Shown here piece after piece: positions 44,580 to 54,746 of a stretch of DNA of 64,000 nucleotides. Position numbers and translations under genes: made by a program. A model generated the notes under the pieces. That model made no database searches, was not told where the DNA came from, and worked only from the letters and a program-made list of their open reading frames with translations. The stretch is from a virus, in IMG/VR virus record IMGVR_UViG_3300045988_147882, one strand, 5' to 3'. Positions within the stretch are counted from its first letter, which is position 1. Every line of letters starts with the position of its first letter.

Positions 44580-44981
44580 ATGGATATGAAAGTAACTGTA
44601 ATCATGGAAAAGGCGAGCGATGGGTATTACTCATGCTTTGTCGAGGAAGATTTACCCGGCTTTGGTTTGGCAGGGTATGGAGATACGGCGGAAGCCGCGA
44701 AAGAGGATATGATGAAAGCATATGAGGAAATAAAGGAGATGCAGGCAGAAGAAGGCAAGGAAATGCCGGAATTGGAGTTTATCTACAAATATGATATGCA
44801 GTCTTTCTTCAACTATTTCTCATTCCTGAATGTTACTAAGGTTGCAGAGTTGGCAGGTATCAATGCTTCATTGATGAGACAATATACTTCCGGTGTGACA
44901 GTAGCCGGACAAAAACAATATGATAAGATACGGGTAGCGGTGGAACGTATATCTAAAGAACTTTCCGCAGCCACTTTCTAA
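44580..44981 (+). CDS. hicB: HicB-like antitoxin with C-terminal HTH
   Basis: KVTVIMEKASDGYYSCFVEEDLPGFGLAGYGDTAEAAKEDM (UPF0150/HicB fold) and C-terminal VTKVAELAGINASLMRQY. Confidence 0.65.
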   Translation: MDMKVTVIMEKASDGYYSCFVEEDLPGFGLAGYGDTAEAAKEDMMKAYEEIKEMQAEEGKEMPELEFIYKYDMQSFFNYFSFLNVTKVAELAGINASLMRQYTSGVTVAGQKQYDKIRVAVERISKELSAATF

Positions 44982-45027
44982 AGATAGTGTACCGCTGTGA
45001 AGCGAGACCGTTTTAAGACAAAGGCAG

Positions 45028-45063
45028 GCTCCGTTCCTTTATATATGGGTTCGGAGCTTTTTT
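45028..45063 (+). terminator. Rho-independent terminator
   Basis: GCTCCG...CGGAGC followed by TTTTTT. Confidence 0.7.
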
Positions 45064-45185
45064 ATGAAAGTATTAATTTGTAAATTGAGAATGCAGAAAG
45101 TCATAATTATTTTATGTTTTATCTATTGCGTTGAAAAATAAATAGTTATGTCTTGCTTTTGCAAAATGCAATTTTCAAGAATTTA

Positions 45186-45212
45186 GCCAATCGGGAAACC
45201 GGTTGGCTTTTT
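45186..45212 (+). terminator. GAAA-capped hairpin plus T tract
   Basis: GCCAATCGG-gaaa-CCGGTTGGC followed by TTTTT. Confidence 0.6.
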
Positions 45213-45215
45213 CTA

Positions 45216-45223
45216 TATATTTG
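45216..45223 (+). promoter_or_regulatory. -7 box TATATTTG upstream of the tail-tip operon
   Basis: Exact TAnnTTTG match 27 nt before ATG 45250. Confidence 0.5.
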
Positions 45224-45249
45224 CTCGTGAACGTTCAAAACGAGTTAAA

Positions 45250-47241
45250 ATGCTTTGTAAATATGTACTTACAGTTGATAGTATTTCCTATGATATTCCC
45301 AAATCTTGTATTCAGAATTGGGATGAAATAAAGTTTTCCCGTAAACGCTCCGGACTTGAAGGAATAACTAGAACCTTTACTTCAAAATTCCAGTTTGTGG
45401 GAGAAGCCTATGATCTCATATTGGAGGAGTATTTGAGCAAATACCTGGCTTCTAATGCTAGTATCACTGTTTATACTATAACTAATTCTCATACTTATGA
45501 AGAATTCTTCAGTTGCCGACTGGATTTCGGTTCATTGACCTATGATGGAAATGCTGTTTCTATTAATTCGATAGATGATAGTGTCGCTAATATCATAAAG
45601 GCTAACAAAGGAACGCAGTACGAATATTCGGTAGATGAGATAAAAGATGTATATCAGCTTTATTATGATTCTGTAAGTATGAATTATAGTCAACCGCATA
45701 CATTAGGTGGTAATACTGTAGAAAATGATGCTTCTTTGCAATATATTGTAATTGACAAAGGAATATATGTAGAAGCTATAACATATTCGCTTCCCTTATA
45801 TATTTCTGGTGGTGAACTTCCGTCACGGGATTCACCTCTTGAGTTTTATGATGCACCACAAGAATCGAAAGATGATCCAAATGTATTTGTTAAAGCCTTG
45901 TCCGACATTGATATAGTATTGAATTTTAGTTTTGAATACTATATCAGTTATAGTGATGCGTATACAACTAAAGCTGAAATTGTTCTAGGTGGGCGTTACG
46001 AAGATGGTCGTTTAGTCGAGTTGAAAAGATGGGGGTATAATAAGGGGGATGTTACTCCAAGTAATCTGAATGAATCCATCAAGATTCATCTGACTAAAGG
46101 GCAGGCTTTATTTTTTGATTTGAAGGTAACATTTAACAGAGTTAATGCTTCTACTGGCAATATTTATTTTCGTAATTTCAAATTTGAGACACGCTTTACT
46201 TCTCGAGCTAACCCTATCTATGTGGATGCAATAAGACCTATTGATGTGTTAAACCGATTGCTTAAAAGCATGAATGGTGGAAATGAAGGTATCTATGGTG
46301 AAATAGCTTCAGGTGTTGATGAAAGGTTAGATAATTGCGTGATATTAGCTGCTGAAAGTATCCGTGGAATCCCCCAAGCTAAGCTATATACTTCTTATAC
46401 AAAGTTTAAAAACTGGATGGAAACAGTTTTTGGCTTTGTGCCTGTGATCAATGGTGTCACTGTTTTTTTTAAACACCGGGACAAATTGTTTAGTGATAAC
46501 AATGTAAAGGATTTAAATAGCAGCTTTTCTAGTTTTGAGTATAAGGTTGATTCATCAAGAATATATTCTTTGGTTAGGGTAGGATATGATAAACAGGACT
46601 ATGAAAGTATGAATGGTCGTGACGAATTCCGATTTACTACTGAATATACTACTGGCATTGATATAACTGATAATGTATTAGAGTTGATTAGCCCTTACCG
46701 TGCTGATGTTTATGGAATTGAATTCTTATCGCAAAAGAGAGGCCAAGATACAACGGATAGTGAAAGTGACAATGATGTGTTTTTTGTTTGTGCCAGTACT
46801 ACATTACATGATAATGGCGGAGTACAAACATATAAAGAGTATAGGCTTATAAGGAGCGGTTGGGAAATAAGTGGTGTACTTGATCCTGAAACGATGTTTA
46901 ATACCATGTATTGGCAAGGAGGCATATTGCAAGCAAATGCCGGCTATATTGGTATGTTCACTAAAAAACTATCTTATTCTTCTTCTGACGGTAATAGTGA
47001 TGTTGTTGTCAATGGTATAGGAATGAAAGATGATTTTAACGTTGAAAGTGGTATTATAACTTGTGGAGATGTTTCATTCACAACTTATAATGAAGATATT
47101 CCACCAACAGATGATGAAACGATTAAAATCTTAAAAGATGATCTAGTTTACGAGGGCTACATCAAAGAGGTGAGTAGTACAGTTGAGAGAAACGAGGGAG
47201 TGAAGTATGATTTATTTGTCCGTTCAATAACAAAAGCCTAG
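45250..47241 (+). CDS. tail tip/baseplate structural protein (663 aa)
   Basis: Size and position. Confidence 0.5.
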   Translation: MLCKYVLTVDSISYDIPKSCIQNWDEIKFSRKRSGLEGITRTFTSKFQFVGEAYDLILEEYLSKYLASNASITVYTITNSHTYEEFFSCRLDFGSLTYDGNAVSINSIDDSVANIIKANKGTQYEYSVDEIKDVYQLYYDSVSMNYSQPHTLGGNTVENDASLQYIVIDKGIYVEAITYSLPLYISGGELPSRDSPLEFYDAPQESKDDPNVFVKALSDIDIVLNFSFEYYISYSDAYTTKAEIVLGGRYEDGRLVELKRWGYNKGDVTPSNLNESIKIHLTKGQALFFDLKVTFNRVNASTGNIYFRNFKFETRFTSRANPIYVDAIRPIDVLNRLLKSMNGGNEGIYGEIASGVDERLDNCVILAAESIRGIPQAKLYTSYTKFKNWMETVFGFVPVINGVTVFFKHRDKLFSDNNVKDLNSSFSSFEYKVDSSRIYSLVRVGYDKQDYESMNGRDEFRFTTEYTTGIDITDNVLELISPYRADVYGIEFLSQKRGQDTTDSESDNDVFFVCASTTLHDNGGVQTYKEYRLIRSGWEISGVLDPETMFNTMYWQGGILQANAGYIGMFTKKLSYSSSDGNSDVVVNGIGMKDDFNVESGIITCGDVSFTTYNEDIPPTDDETIKILKDDLVYEGYIKEVSSTVERNEGVKYDLFVRSITKA

Positions 47242-47245
47242 AAAT

Positions 47246-48559
47246 ATGATTATAAGCCCGTTTACCCCACTGTTTTTTTCTCCGTCTACCGATAAATTTG
47301 GAGCGAAGAGTAAATATGTGCAATTATTCGCACGTACAGACAGGATTTTTGTTGAATTGATTTTGACAGCCAAAGAGCAGGAGCCTATAGTTTACATTAA
47401 TAATCTTTTAAGTAATATATCTACACCTGTATCATTAAGCTCATGGAAGATGAATGATGATAAGATTCTTTATTTCTATAACATTTCATTGCTTCCATGT
47501 GGATACTATACTGTAACAGTTAATGGGAATACGAGTGAGATTTTTAAAGTTACGGACGATGAATGTGAGTTATCAGAAACCAGCCTTATTCAGTATTCAA
47601 TGAAAGATAATAAGCAGCGTCTTGATGCTGTCTGGTGGATAGATGGGATGCAATACTTTTTTGATTTTCGCGTTCCTGGTGGTTTCAAAGATAACGGATG
47701 GACGTTCGGTGTGGATAATGAGCAGTTCGTGACCTCTGATGAGGATATTGTTGAGCTATTCAGCCACGAATATACAACAGTATTATTCACGCTTGGAAAT
47801 GGGATGGGATGCCCTGTGTGGTTTGCTGAATTATTGAATCGTGTCTTATGCTGTAATTACGTCTACTTTGATGGTGTTCGATATACCAGAAAGGAAAGTA
47901 ATGTTCCAGAACTTAACCAGCAAATAGAGGGATTGAAGAGTTTTGTGTTCAATCAAATGTTACAGAAGGTAAGAACGATGAATCCAGTTTTGGAATGGAA
48001 TAACCAGCTTGCTATGAGGTGTGTACAAAGCGGGGCTTATAGGATAGCAGATGATGAAGGAATACGTAGTATCAAGTATGGTTCAGAAAGTGAGGTTGCA
48101 GAGGTCGGAGCATATATCAATATGACTAAGGCTATTCCTAATACTGGAGTTTCTATTAATAGTGATACTATGGTTACTGTCAACAGTATTCATCACCCAG
48201 GTGTTGATGAAAATTCATATTGGGATTTGATTGCAATCAAGACGACTGACATAGATAACAAGTATATTGGTAGAAGAGGTTACGGTAAACTTACAGTTAA
48301 TGGACTGGATAGACTAAAGAACGATTTGGACAACGGTTCGATAAATTTGCGTGCTGTACTATATAAAGGAGATTCGTATACTAACCTCATTGAAGGGAGT
48401 GCAATTAGTAGGGATGGTGTATGTGTCTTGAAAGGTATTAACGGTGGAGATATTGGTGCTCTGAAGGAGTTCCAACTTTATCTTGATAATGTCTATGATT
48501 GCGACATAGATAATCTTGGTATGACCATTGAGCTTGTATGGGTATATGAAAATGATTAA
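47246..48559 (+). CDS. tail tip structural protein (437 aa)
   Basis: Size and position. Confidence 0.5.
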   Translation: MIISPFTPLFFSPSTDKFGAKSKYVQLFARTDRIFVELILTAKEQEPIVYINNLLSNISTPVSLSSWKMNDDKILYFYNISLLPCGYYTVTVNGNTSEIFKVTDDECELSETSLIQYSMKDNKQRLDAVWWIDGMQYFFDFRVPGGFKDNGWTFGVDNEQFVTSDEDIVELFSHEYTTVLFTLGNGMGCPVWFAELLNRVLCCNYVYFDGVRYTRKESNVPELNQQIEGLKSFVFNQMLQKVRTMNPVLEWNNQLAMRCVQSGAYRIADDEGIRSIKYGSESEVAEVGAYINMTKAIPNTGVSINSDTMVTVNSIHHPGVDENSYWDLIAIKTTDIDNKYIGRRGYGKLTVNGLDRLKNDLDNGSINLRAVLYKGDSYTNLIEGSAISRDGVCVLKGINGGDIGALKEFQLYLDNVYDCDIDNLGMTIELVWVYEND

Positions 48560-48570
48560 AAAAGAGAATT

Positions 48571-51500
48571 ATGACAGAAACAGAAAAACAACAGATTATT
48601 AGCCTTGTGTTACAAGCGTTGAAGACAAACTGTCTTACAATAGAGCAACTGACTGATACAACAGAGCTATCCAAAGATATGTACGTTGAAGTTAGTGGCG
48701 GTCGGAAAATATCTATTGATTTACTTTCAAGTACCATTGCTAAAATGGTGAATGGGGATTTTGATGCATTAGTGGAGAATGTCAATAAGATTGCAAAAGA
48801 TTTATCGGATGGAGACGCCGAGTTATTGAAACGTATAACAGGAGTGTCTGATAAATCCAATCCTTTGACTGACCCATTTAAAAGTATTGGCTCTTTTACT
48901 ACTATTGGTAGCTTTAAAGATAAATTAAAAACAATGTATTCCGGGGATTCTTCTATTGGGAATTATCGGTGTATTTTGTCTGTTGATTCGTCTAAGATTC
49001 CTGTAAATATACAAATTGAACGGTTGGAGCTTAATAAGGTTTGTCAATCATTCACTTCGTGTATACAATTAGCTACCATGTCAGACAATGCCGAAGGTGT
49101 ATATTTAGGTACAGTTTGTACAATCTCACGAATAGGTATTGTTTCCAATGAGAGTGTTACATGGGGCAAATGGACATCTGTAATAAATGGCTTTGAGGAA
49201 AGGATAGGAAAAGCGAACGGTATCGCTCCTTTGAACGAAGAAAGTAAAGTTCCTTCTGAATGTCTGCCTGAACCGTTGTCTCTTGGGGAAGGTGAAGAAG
49301 AAGCTTTCCCCGGCAACCGTGGAAAGTCTTTGGAAGATACAATGAAAAATATCCCTTCCGATATAATCAAACCGGGTTCTTTCTCCGTCCTGTCTGACGC
49401 TTCCTATCTCGATGTGTATTTTAAGAAAGTGTCCAAAACAACCGGTAAAGAAACGGATGACAGCTTCCGTCTGCCTTCCGCTACCCTTGAACAAGCCGGC
49501 CTTTTGTCCGCCGAGGATAAGCAAGCCCTTGAGGATATGAAGAGCGGCACGCCCGCTGACGATGTAACACACCCCATCGTCATTGTTGATGAGATCCGCC
49601 CATTGAAAGACGGCTACTATACCCTTGAAACCGCTATTGCCGCCATTGTCTCCTATCAACAGGAATCTGGCGTCAAATATGAGCGAACGGGTCTCATCAT
49701 TACTTACAAAACAGGCGAGTATGAAATGGAAACCCGGCAGTTCCAGGGTGCTGTGTCCGATTTTGCGACCCCTTCTCTTTGGAAACCCTTCGGGAATGGT
49801 GGTGGCGGTTCCGTTTTTGAAACTTCCGATGAACCGGCGGAAGGGGGAAAGGACGCCTTTTCAACTGGTGGCGCCTATGCCTATGTTCCGGCCAACCTCG
49901 ACGTAAACGTGGAAACAGAAGGCATTGTAAAACTTCAGATGAAGAACGCTGCCGGTGAAACCCTTGGCGATGAAGTGCAGTTCGCTATCGGCACGGGTGG
50001 CGGCGGTCAAACTGGTGGTACCATTGTTGCCATTGCTTTCCAGTCGACACCTGTCTATGGCTCTTACGGCTCCACGCTACGAACCTTTGCCGCCATTCGT
50101 TCCGTGACCTCGAACGGTGTCGAATCCTCTGACAACCTGATTGAGAAACTGGAACTCGTAGACCGTGAAAGCGGGCTTACCGTCTGGACTGAAACCGTCA
50201 ACAAAGCATCTTCCGGTGACATGAAGGACTTCTCCTTTGAACTGGACTTCACCACATACTTTACGGCTGCCGGTACTCGGAAATTCAAGCTGATAGCCAC
50301 TGACGAGAGCGGCAACACCGGTTCCAAGAATGTCAATGTAACAGCTGTTGATATTACCTGTACCTGTGTGCAGGTGCTCAACTATACCCCTGAAACTCTG
50401 CTTACTCCGACAACTGAAAGTTTCAGCCTTCCACTCTATAAGTTCGGAAACAACACCTCTGATAAAGGTATCAGTGCCCAGGTTGACATCAAGATTAATG
50501 GTGAATGGCAATCCCTGTCTACCACCGTTGTAAATGACAACTACTCGCACTCCGTTGTAATCCGCCCTGCTTCCCTCGGCCTAGAACACGGTACCTATCC
50601 CTTGCGCATCCAAGGAACGGATGTCGCATCTGGAGTGAAAGGAAATGTCATCTACACGGCTGTCATGGTAATTGACCCGAATAGTTCCACACCTCTTGTC
50701 GCCTTGAGATACGATGATAAAAACGGTGGAGTAGTCCGACTGTACGAAACCGTAGAACTTGATGTTGCCTGTTATGACCCGTTGGAAATGACTTCACCCG
50801 TCAGCGTGAAAGCCAATAACGTGCAGGTAACACAAATTGCTGCCAGTCGTAACAAAACCTATCAGGTCAAACAACAACTGCAGGGCTACAAGGCTGACGG
50901 CACCGATACGGTCAACTATACTGCCGTATGCAAGGACGTGACTAGCGAACCTGTCCGGGTGACAGTTAGCGGTTCCGCCATTGACGCCGCCATAAAAGAA
51001 GGCGCCATCTATAACTTTGACTTCTCATCCCGTACCAATCAGGAAACTGACCATAGCATTGTCAGCGGTAATTATGAAATGAAAGTGGACGGTGCCAACT
51101 GGACTACCAACGGTTTTGGCACATTCTTGGGTGAGAACTGCCTTCGCGTAGCCGAGAATGTGGGCGTGTCATTAAACCATGCCCCGTTTGCCGGCTCGTC
51201 CATCGAATCCAACGGTGCCGCCATCCAGTTCGCTTTCGCTTCCAAGAACGTGACCGATGATGATGCCCTGCTCCTTAGCTGCTATGACGAAACGTCCGGT
51301 GCCGGCTTCTATGTCACCGGCCGGGTGGTCGGCATCTTCTGTAACAATGGCGTTTCCCGTCGTGAAGAACGCGCCTATCGACAGGGTGAAAAGATAACCG
51401 TAGCCGTGGTTGTTGAACCTGCAAGCAACTACGTTGAACGTGACGGCACACGGTATTCCATGATGAAACTCTTCCTCAACGGTGAGGAAGTCGCCTGCCT

Positions 51501-54500
51501 TGGTTATGTTCCGGGCGGCGGCTCCCTGATTCAGACCAAGTATATAACGATGGACGGCAAACTGGGTGATTTGTATCTTTATTACATGATGGCCTGGAAC
51601 TCCTATATGGAATGGGCACAGGCGTTCAAGAACTACCTTGTCCGTCTGACTGATACCGAGGTAATGGTGAAGGAATACGCCTTTGAGGACGTCCTTAAAA
51701 GCCAGACGGCCGAGGGTAGCACCCAAAGCCGCCCGTCGGCTGCCGAAATCTATTCACGCGGTATGCCTTACATTGTCGAATGCCCCTATGAAGGCTCCGA
51801 TATAGAAGCACTGGACGGCACCACTTCCACCAGTACGAAGATATACATCACGCTCTATTACTTTGACCCCGAACGTCCGTGGCGTAACTTCAAGGCCGTG
51901 AGTGTCCAAACCCGCAACCAGGGAACCACCTCTGCCAAACGCCCGGTAAAGAATAAACGCTACTACCTCGCCAAGAGCAAAGGCAAAAACAAGGACACTC
52001 GAATCATACTACTTAATCCGGACGATACGACGGAGGAAGGACGCCGTGCAATAGCCTTGGCTGCCATCAACAAAGTACAGGTCGGTGATAATACAATCCC
52101 GGTCGATGTCATTACCGTAAAAGTCGATTACTCCGATTCCGGCAATGCGAACGACTGCGGCGCCTGTGAAATGATGAACGTTACATACCGTGCCTTGGGT
52201 GGTAACTATATGACACCTGTCCAACGTGCATTTGACGGAACATTTGACAGCGGTGACTTGCATATCGAAGGCTTGCAGATGAACCACTCCACCGCCAATC
52301 ACCCGGTAGCCACCTATCGGTGTAAGGATGACAGCCTGCAAAACGTCTATTTCCATGCCAAAGGCAACTGGAAAGAAGACAAAGGGGAACAGTTCGCCCT
52401 CGGCTTCAAAGATACCCCCGGCTATAACAAAGGTTGCCTGAATTATGGTGACTTCATAGAGTTCTTCGGTACTCCTGACGAAACTTTAGACGCAATTGAG
52501 ACACGCTTCAAACAGACTGACGGCCTCGATACGGACAGTGTGTACCTGCTTTCCCTGTATTGTGGCAGTTCGTACCGGATAATGAGGTATCAGGACAGCT
52601 CATGGAAAAAGCAGTCCGGTTCCATGAAGTATGAAAACGGCAAATGGAATGTCACCGGTGACGTCCTGAATCCGGTTGAAGGTTTCGAACTTCTTAACTA
52701 CCAAGGTATGGACTGGTTTCAGGGCGTTGGTTCTGTTCAGGATATGATGGCCATGAAAACGGACAAGTCCTCATGGGTTCAAAAACTCGTGGATAACGGA
52801 ACTATCTCTGCTGATACCTTCCCGGCATGGACTTACTACTTTGAATCGCTTGTCGATGATGACCAGCTCGCCATTGATTACGCTTTGGGTAAGAAAGTGC
52901 CCTATAACCTCTACCGATGGTTGCGCTTCTGTGATTCCTGCGATTACTCCAAAGGCGGGAACTGGCAAAGAACATGGAAGGAAAACCTGTATAAATACGC
53001 CTGCCCAGAAAGTGTCTTGAGTTATGACATCTTCACCGACTACCTTGCCGCCACTGACCAACGCGCCAAGAATATGCAGCCGATGTGGTTCTTGGAAGAG
53101 TATGCTTCCGTAACAGACGGTGTGTACAGCTCCGAGGATGCCATGCGCATGTACCTGAATAAAATCTATGACTGCGATACGCTCAACAGCAAGGACAACG
53201 ACGGTGGTTGCACGGTTGATGCCGAGGTGGACCCCAACCGGACGAGCGATGAAACATTCACTAACCCTTATGCTGGCTACGGCTCCGTTCTGTTTAATAA
53301 CATCTATCTCCAGCAAGTAGTGTGGACTGACTCATCCGGTACGGAACTCTCCCTGCGTACTGTTGCCGCCGCTATGCGTAACGTTCAGGCGACCATTGAC
53401 GGCGTCACCCTGCACCCGTTCTCACCCGAAGGAGCTACGCATTTCTTCATTGACAAACGGCTCAAAAAATGGCAGAAACTGGTTAGTTCTTACGACGGTG
53501 AACGGAAATACATCTCCTATACAGCCACCTCTGACGCTATTTACTTCTATGCCCTGCAAGGTCTTGGACTTACCGCCCTTCCGTCCTTCATTGAAAGACG
53601 TTGGCGTATTCGTGACGGCTATTTCCAAACAGGTGATTTCTTCAGCGGTGTAATTTCCGGGCGCGTATCTTCCAAACCAAACGCCACCATCCGGATTGTC
53701 GCCGCTAAAAACGGTTACTTCGGTGTTGGCAATGACGCTAGCGGCAACCTTTCCGAAAGCTGCTTCCTTGAAGCGGGCGAAGAATATGTATTCACCAACT
53801 TCTCACATGAGGAAGGCGCCTTGCTGTATATCTATCAGGCTGACCGCATGAAGCTGCTCGACCTGTCTGAAATCTCCCTGTCAAGTACGGTGAGCTTCTC
53901 CGCCATGCAACTTGTGGAAACCCTTATCTTGGGCTCTGACACCCATACGGAACAATCCATCGGTTCTTACGCACCGCTTACCTCGTTGAACTGCGGCGAA
54001 ATGCCCTTCCTCGTATCACTCGATATCCGGAACACACAAATCGCTACGCTCGTCACCGACAAATGCCCACGTATCGCCCATATCAATGCGTCCGGTAGCA
54101 AACTGGAGAACATCACGCTTGCAGAGACTTCTCCGATAAACGACATCTCTCTTCCACCAACAATGACAAGCCTCCGTTTTGTCGGTCTTCCTGAACTGAC
54201 CTATACCGGTCTTTCCGCCCCGTCCGGCCTGCAAATCGAATCCATGCCGAACGTCCAACGCCTGCGTCTTGAAACGTCGCCTCAACTTGACGCCATTCAG
54301 ATGCTCCGTGACGTCCTCGCTTCACAAGCGGCATCCCGTAAACTTTCCATGCTCCGTATCTCGAACATGACCCTGAAGGCTGACGGCTCCGAGCTTCTTG
54401 CCATTCTCGAATATGGAGTTGCCGGAATGGATGAGGACGGCAACAGACAGGATAAACCGGTAGTCAACGGCACGTATGAACTGACAGTTATCCGTGAAAC

Positions 54501-54744
54501 GGATGAAATCGAATCCCTTGAATCCGGTATTGACGGCCTTGTCATCCTTACCGTCATAGATGCCTACATCGACCTGATCAACTGGTTCAATAATGAGTCT
54601 TATGGCGGAGAACCGTACTACGATAACGTAACGCTGGACAACATCAATGAAGTCCTTGAATATTATAACGGCGAAACCTACGAGGAATATCTCGAACGGT
54701 TTGCTGAAGACAATATGGATATTAATGATTTAATTAACAAGTAA
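48571..54744 (+). CDS. giant tail fibre/receptor-binding protein (2057 aa) with CotH-like and leucine-rich-repeat-like regions
   Basis: Position; Ig-like repeats; VQTRNQGTTSAKRPVKNKRYYL and DQRAKNMQPMWF resemble CotH motifs; LxxLxLxxN-type repeats near aa 1750-1900. Confidence 0.7.
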   Translation: MTETEKQQIISLVLQALKTNCLTIEQLTDTTELSKDMYVEVSGGRKISIDLLSSTIAKMVNGDFDALVENVNKIAKDLSDGDAELLKRITGVSDKSNPLTDPFKSIGSFTTIGSFKDKLKTMYSGDSSIGNYRCILSVDSSKIPVNIQIERLELNKVCQSFTSCIQLATMSDNAEGVYLGTVCTISRIGIVSNESVTWGKWTSVINGFEERIGKANGIAPLNEESKVPSECLPEPLSLGEGEEEAFPGNRGKSLEDTMKNIPSDIIKPGSFSVLSDASYLDVYFKKVSKTTGKETDDSFRLPSATLEQAGLLSAEDKQALEDMKSGTPADDVTHPIVIVDEIRPLKDGYYTLETAIAAIVSYQQESGVKYERTGLIITYKTGEYEMETRQFQGAVSDFATPSLWKPFGNGGGGSVFETSDEPAEGGKDAFSTGGAYAYVPANLDVNVETEGIVKLQMKNAAGETLGDEVQFAIGTGGGGQTGGTIVAIAFQSTPVYGSYGSTLRTFAAIRSVTSNGVESSDNLIEKLELVDRESGLTVWTETVNKASSGDMKDFSFELDFTTYFTAAGTRKFKLIATDESGNTGSKNVNVTAVDITCTCVQVLNYTPETLLTPTTESFSLPLYKFGNNTSDKGISAQVDIKINGEWQSLSTTVVNDNYSHSVVIRPASLGLEHGTYPLRIQGTDVASGVKGNVIYTAVMVIDPNSSTPLVALRYDDKNGGVVRLYETVELDVACYDPLEMTSPVSVKANNVQVTQIAASRNKTYQVKQQLQGYKADGTDTVNYTAVCKDVTSEPVRVTVSGSAIDAAIKEGAIYNFDFSSRTNQETDHSIVSGNYEMKVDGANWTTNGFGTFLGENCLRVAENVGVSLNHAPFAGSSIESNGAAIQFAFASKNVTDDDALLLSCYDETSGAGFYVTGRVVGIFCNNGVSRREERAYRQGEKITVAVVVEPASNYVERDGTRYSMMKLFLNGEEVACLGYVPGGGSLIQTKYITMDGKLGDLYLYYMMAWNSYMEWAQAFKNYLVRLTDTEVMVKEYAFEDVLKSQTAEGSTQSRPSAAEIYSRGMPYIVECPYEGSDIEALDGTTSTSTKIYITLYYFDPERPWRNFKAVSVQTRNQGTTSAKRPVKNKRYYLAKSKGKNKDTRIILLNPDDTTEEGRRAIALAAINKVQVGDNTIPVDVITVKVDYSDSGNANDCGACEMMNVTYRALGGNYMTPVQRAFDGTFDSGDLHIEGLQMNHSTANHPVATYRCKDDSLQNVYFHAKGNWKEDKGEQFALGFKDTPGYNKGCLNYGDFIEFFGTPDETLDAIETRFKQTDGLDTDSVYLLSLYCGSSYRIMRYQDSSWKKQSGSMKYENGKWNVTGDVLNPVEGFELLNYQGMDWFQGVGSVQDMMAMKTDKSSWVQKLVDNGTISADTFPAWTYYFESLVDDDQLAIDYALGKKVPYNLYRWLRFCDSCDYSKGGNWQRTWKENLYKYACPESVLSYDIFTDYLAATDQRAKNMQPMWFLEEYASVTDGVYSSEDAMRMYLNKIYDCDTLNSKDNDGGCTVDAEVDPNRTSDETFTNPYAGYGSVLFNNIYLQQVVWTDSSGTELSLRTVAAAMRNVQATIDGVTLHPFSPEGATHFFIDKRLKKWQKLVSSYDGERKYISYTATSDAIYFYALQGLGLTALPSFIERRWRIRDGYFQTGDFFSGVISGRVSSKPNATIRIVAAKNGYFGVGNDASGNLSESCFLEAGEEYVFTNFSHEEGALLYIYQADRMKLLDLSEISLSSTVSFSAMQLVETLILGSDTHTEQSIGSYAPLTSLNCGEMPFLVSLDIRNTQIATLVTDKCPRIAHINASGSKLENITLAETSPINDISLPPTMTSLRFVGLPELTYTGLSAPSGLQIESMPNVQRLRLETSPQLDAIQMLRDVLASQAASRKLSMLRISNMTLKADGSELLAILEYGVAGMDEDGNRQDKPVVNGTYELTVIRETDEIESLESGIDGLVILTVIDAYIDLINWFNNESYGGEPYYDNVTLDNINEVLEYYNGETYEEYLERFAEDNMDINDLINK

Positions 54745-54746
54745 CT

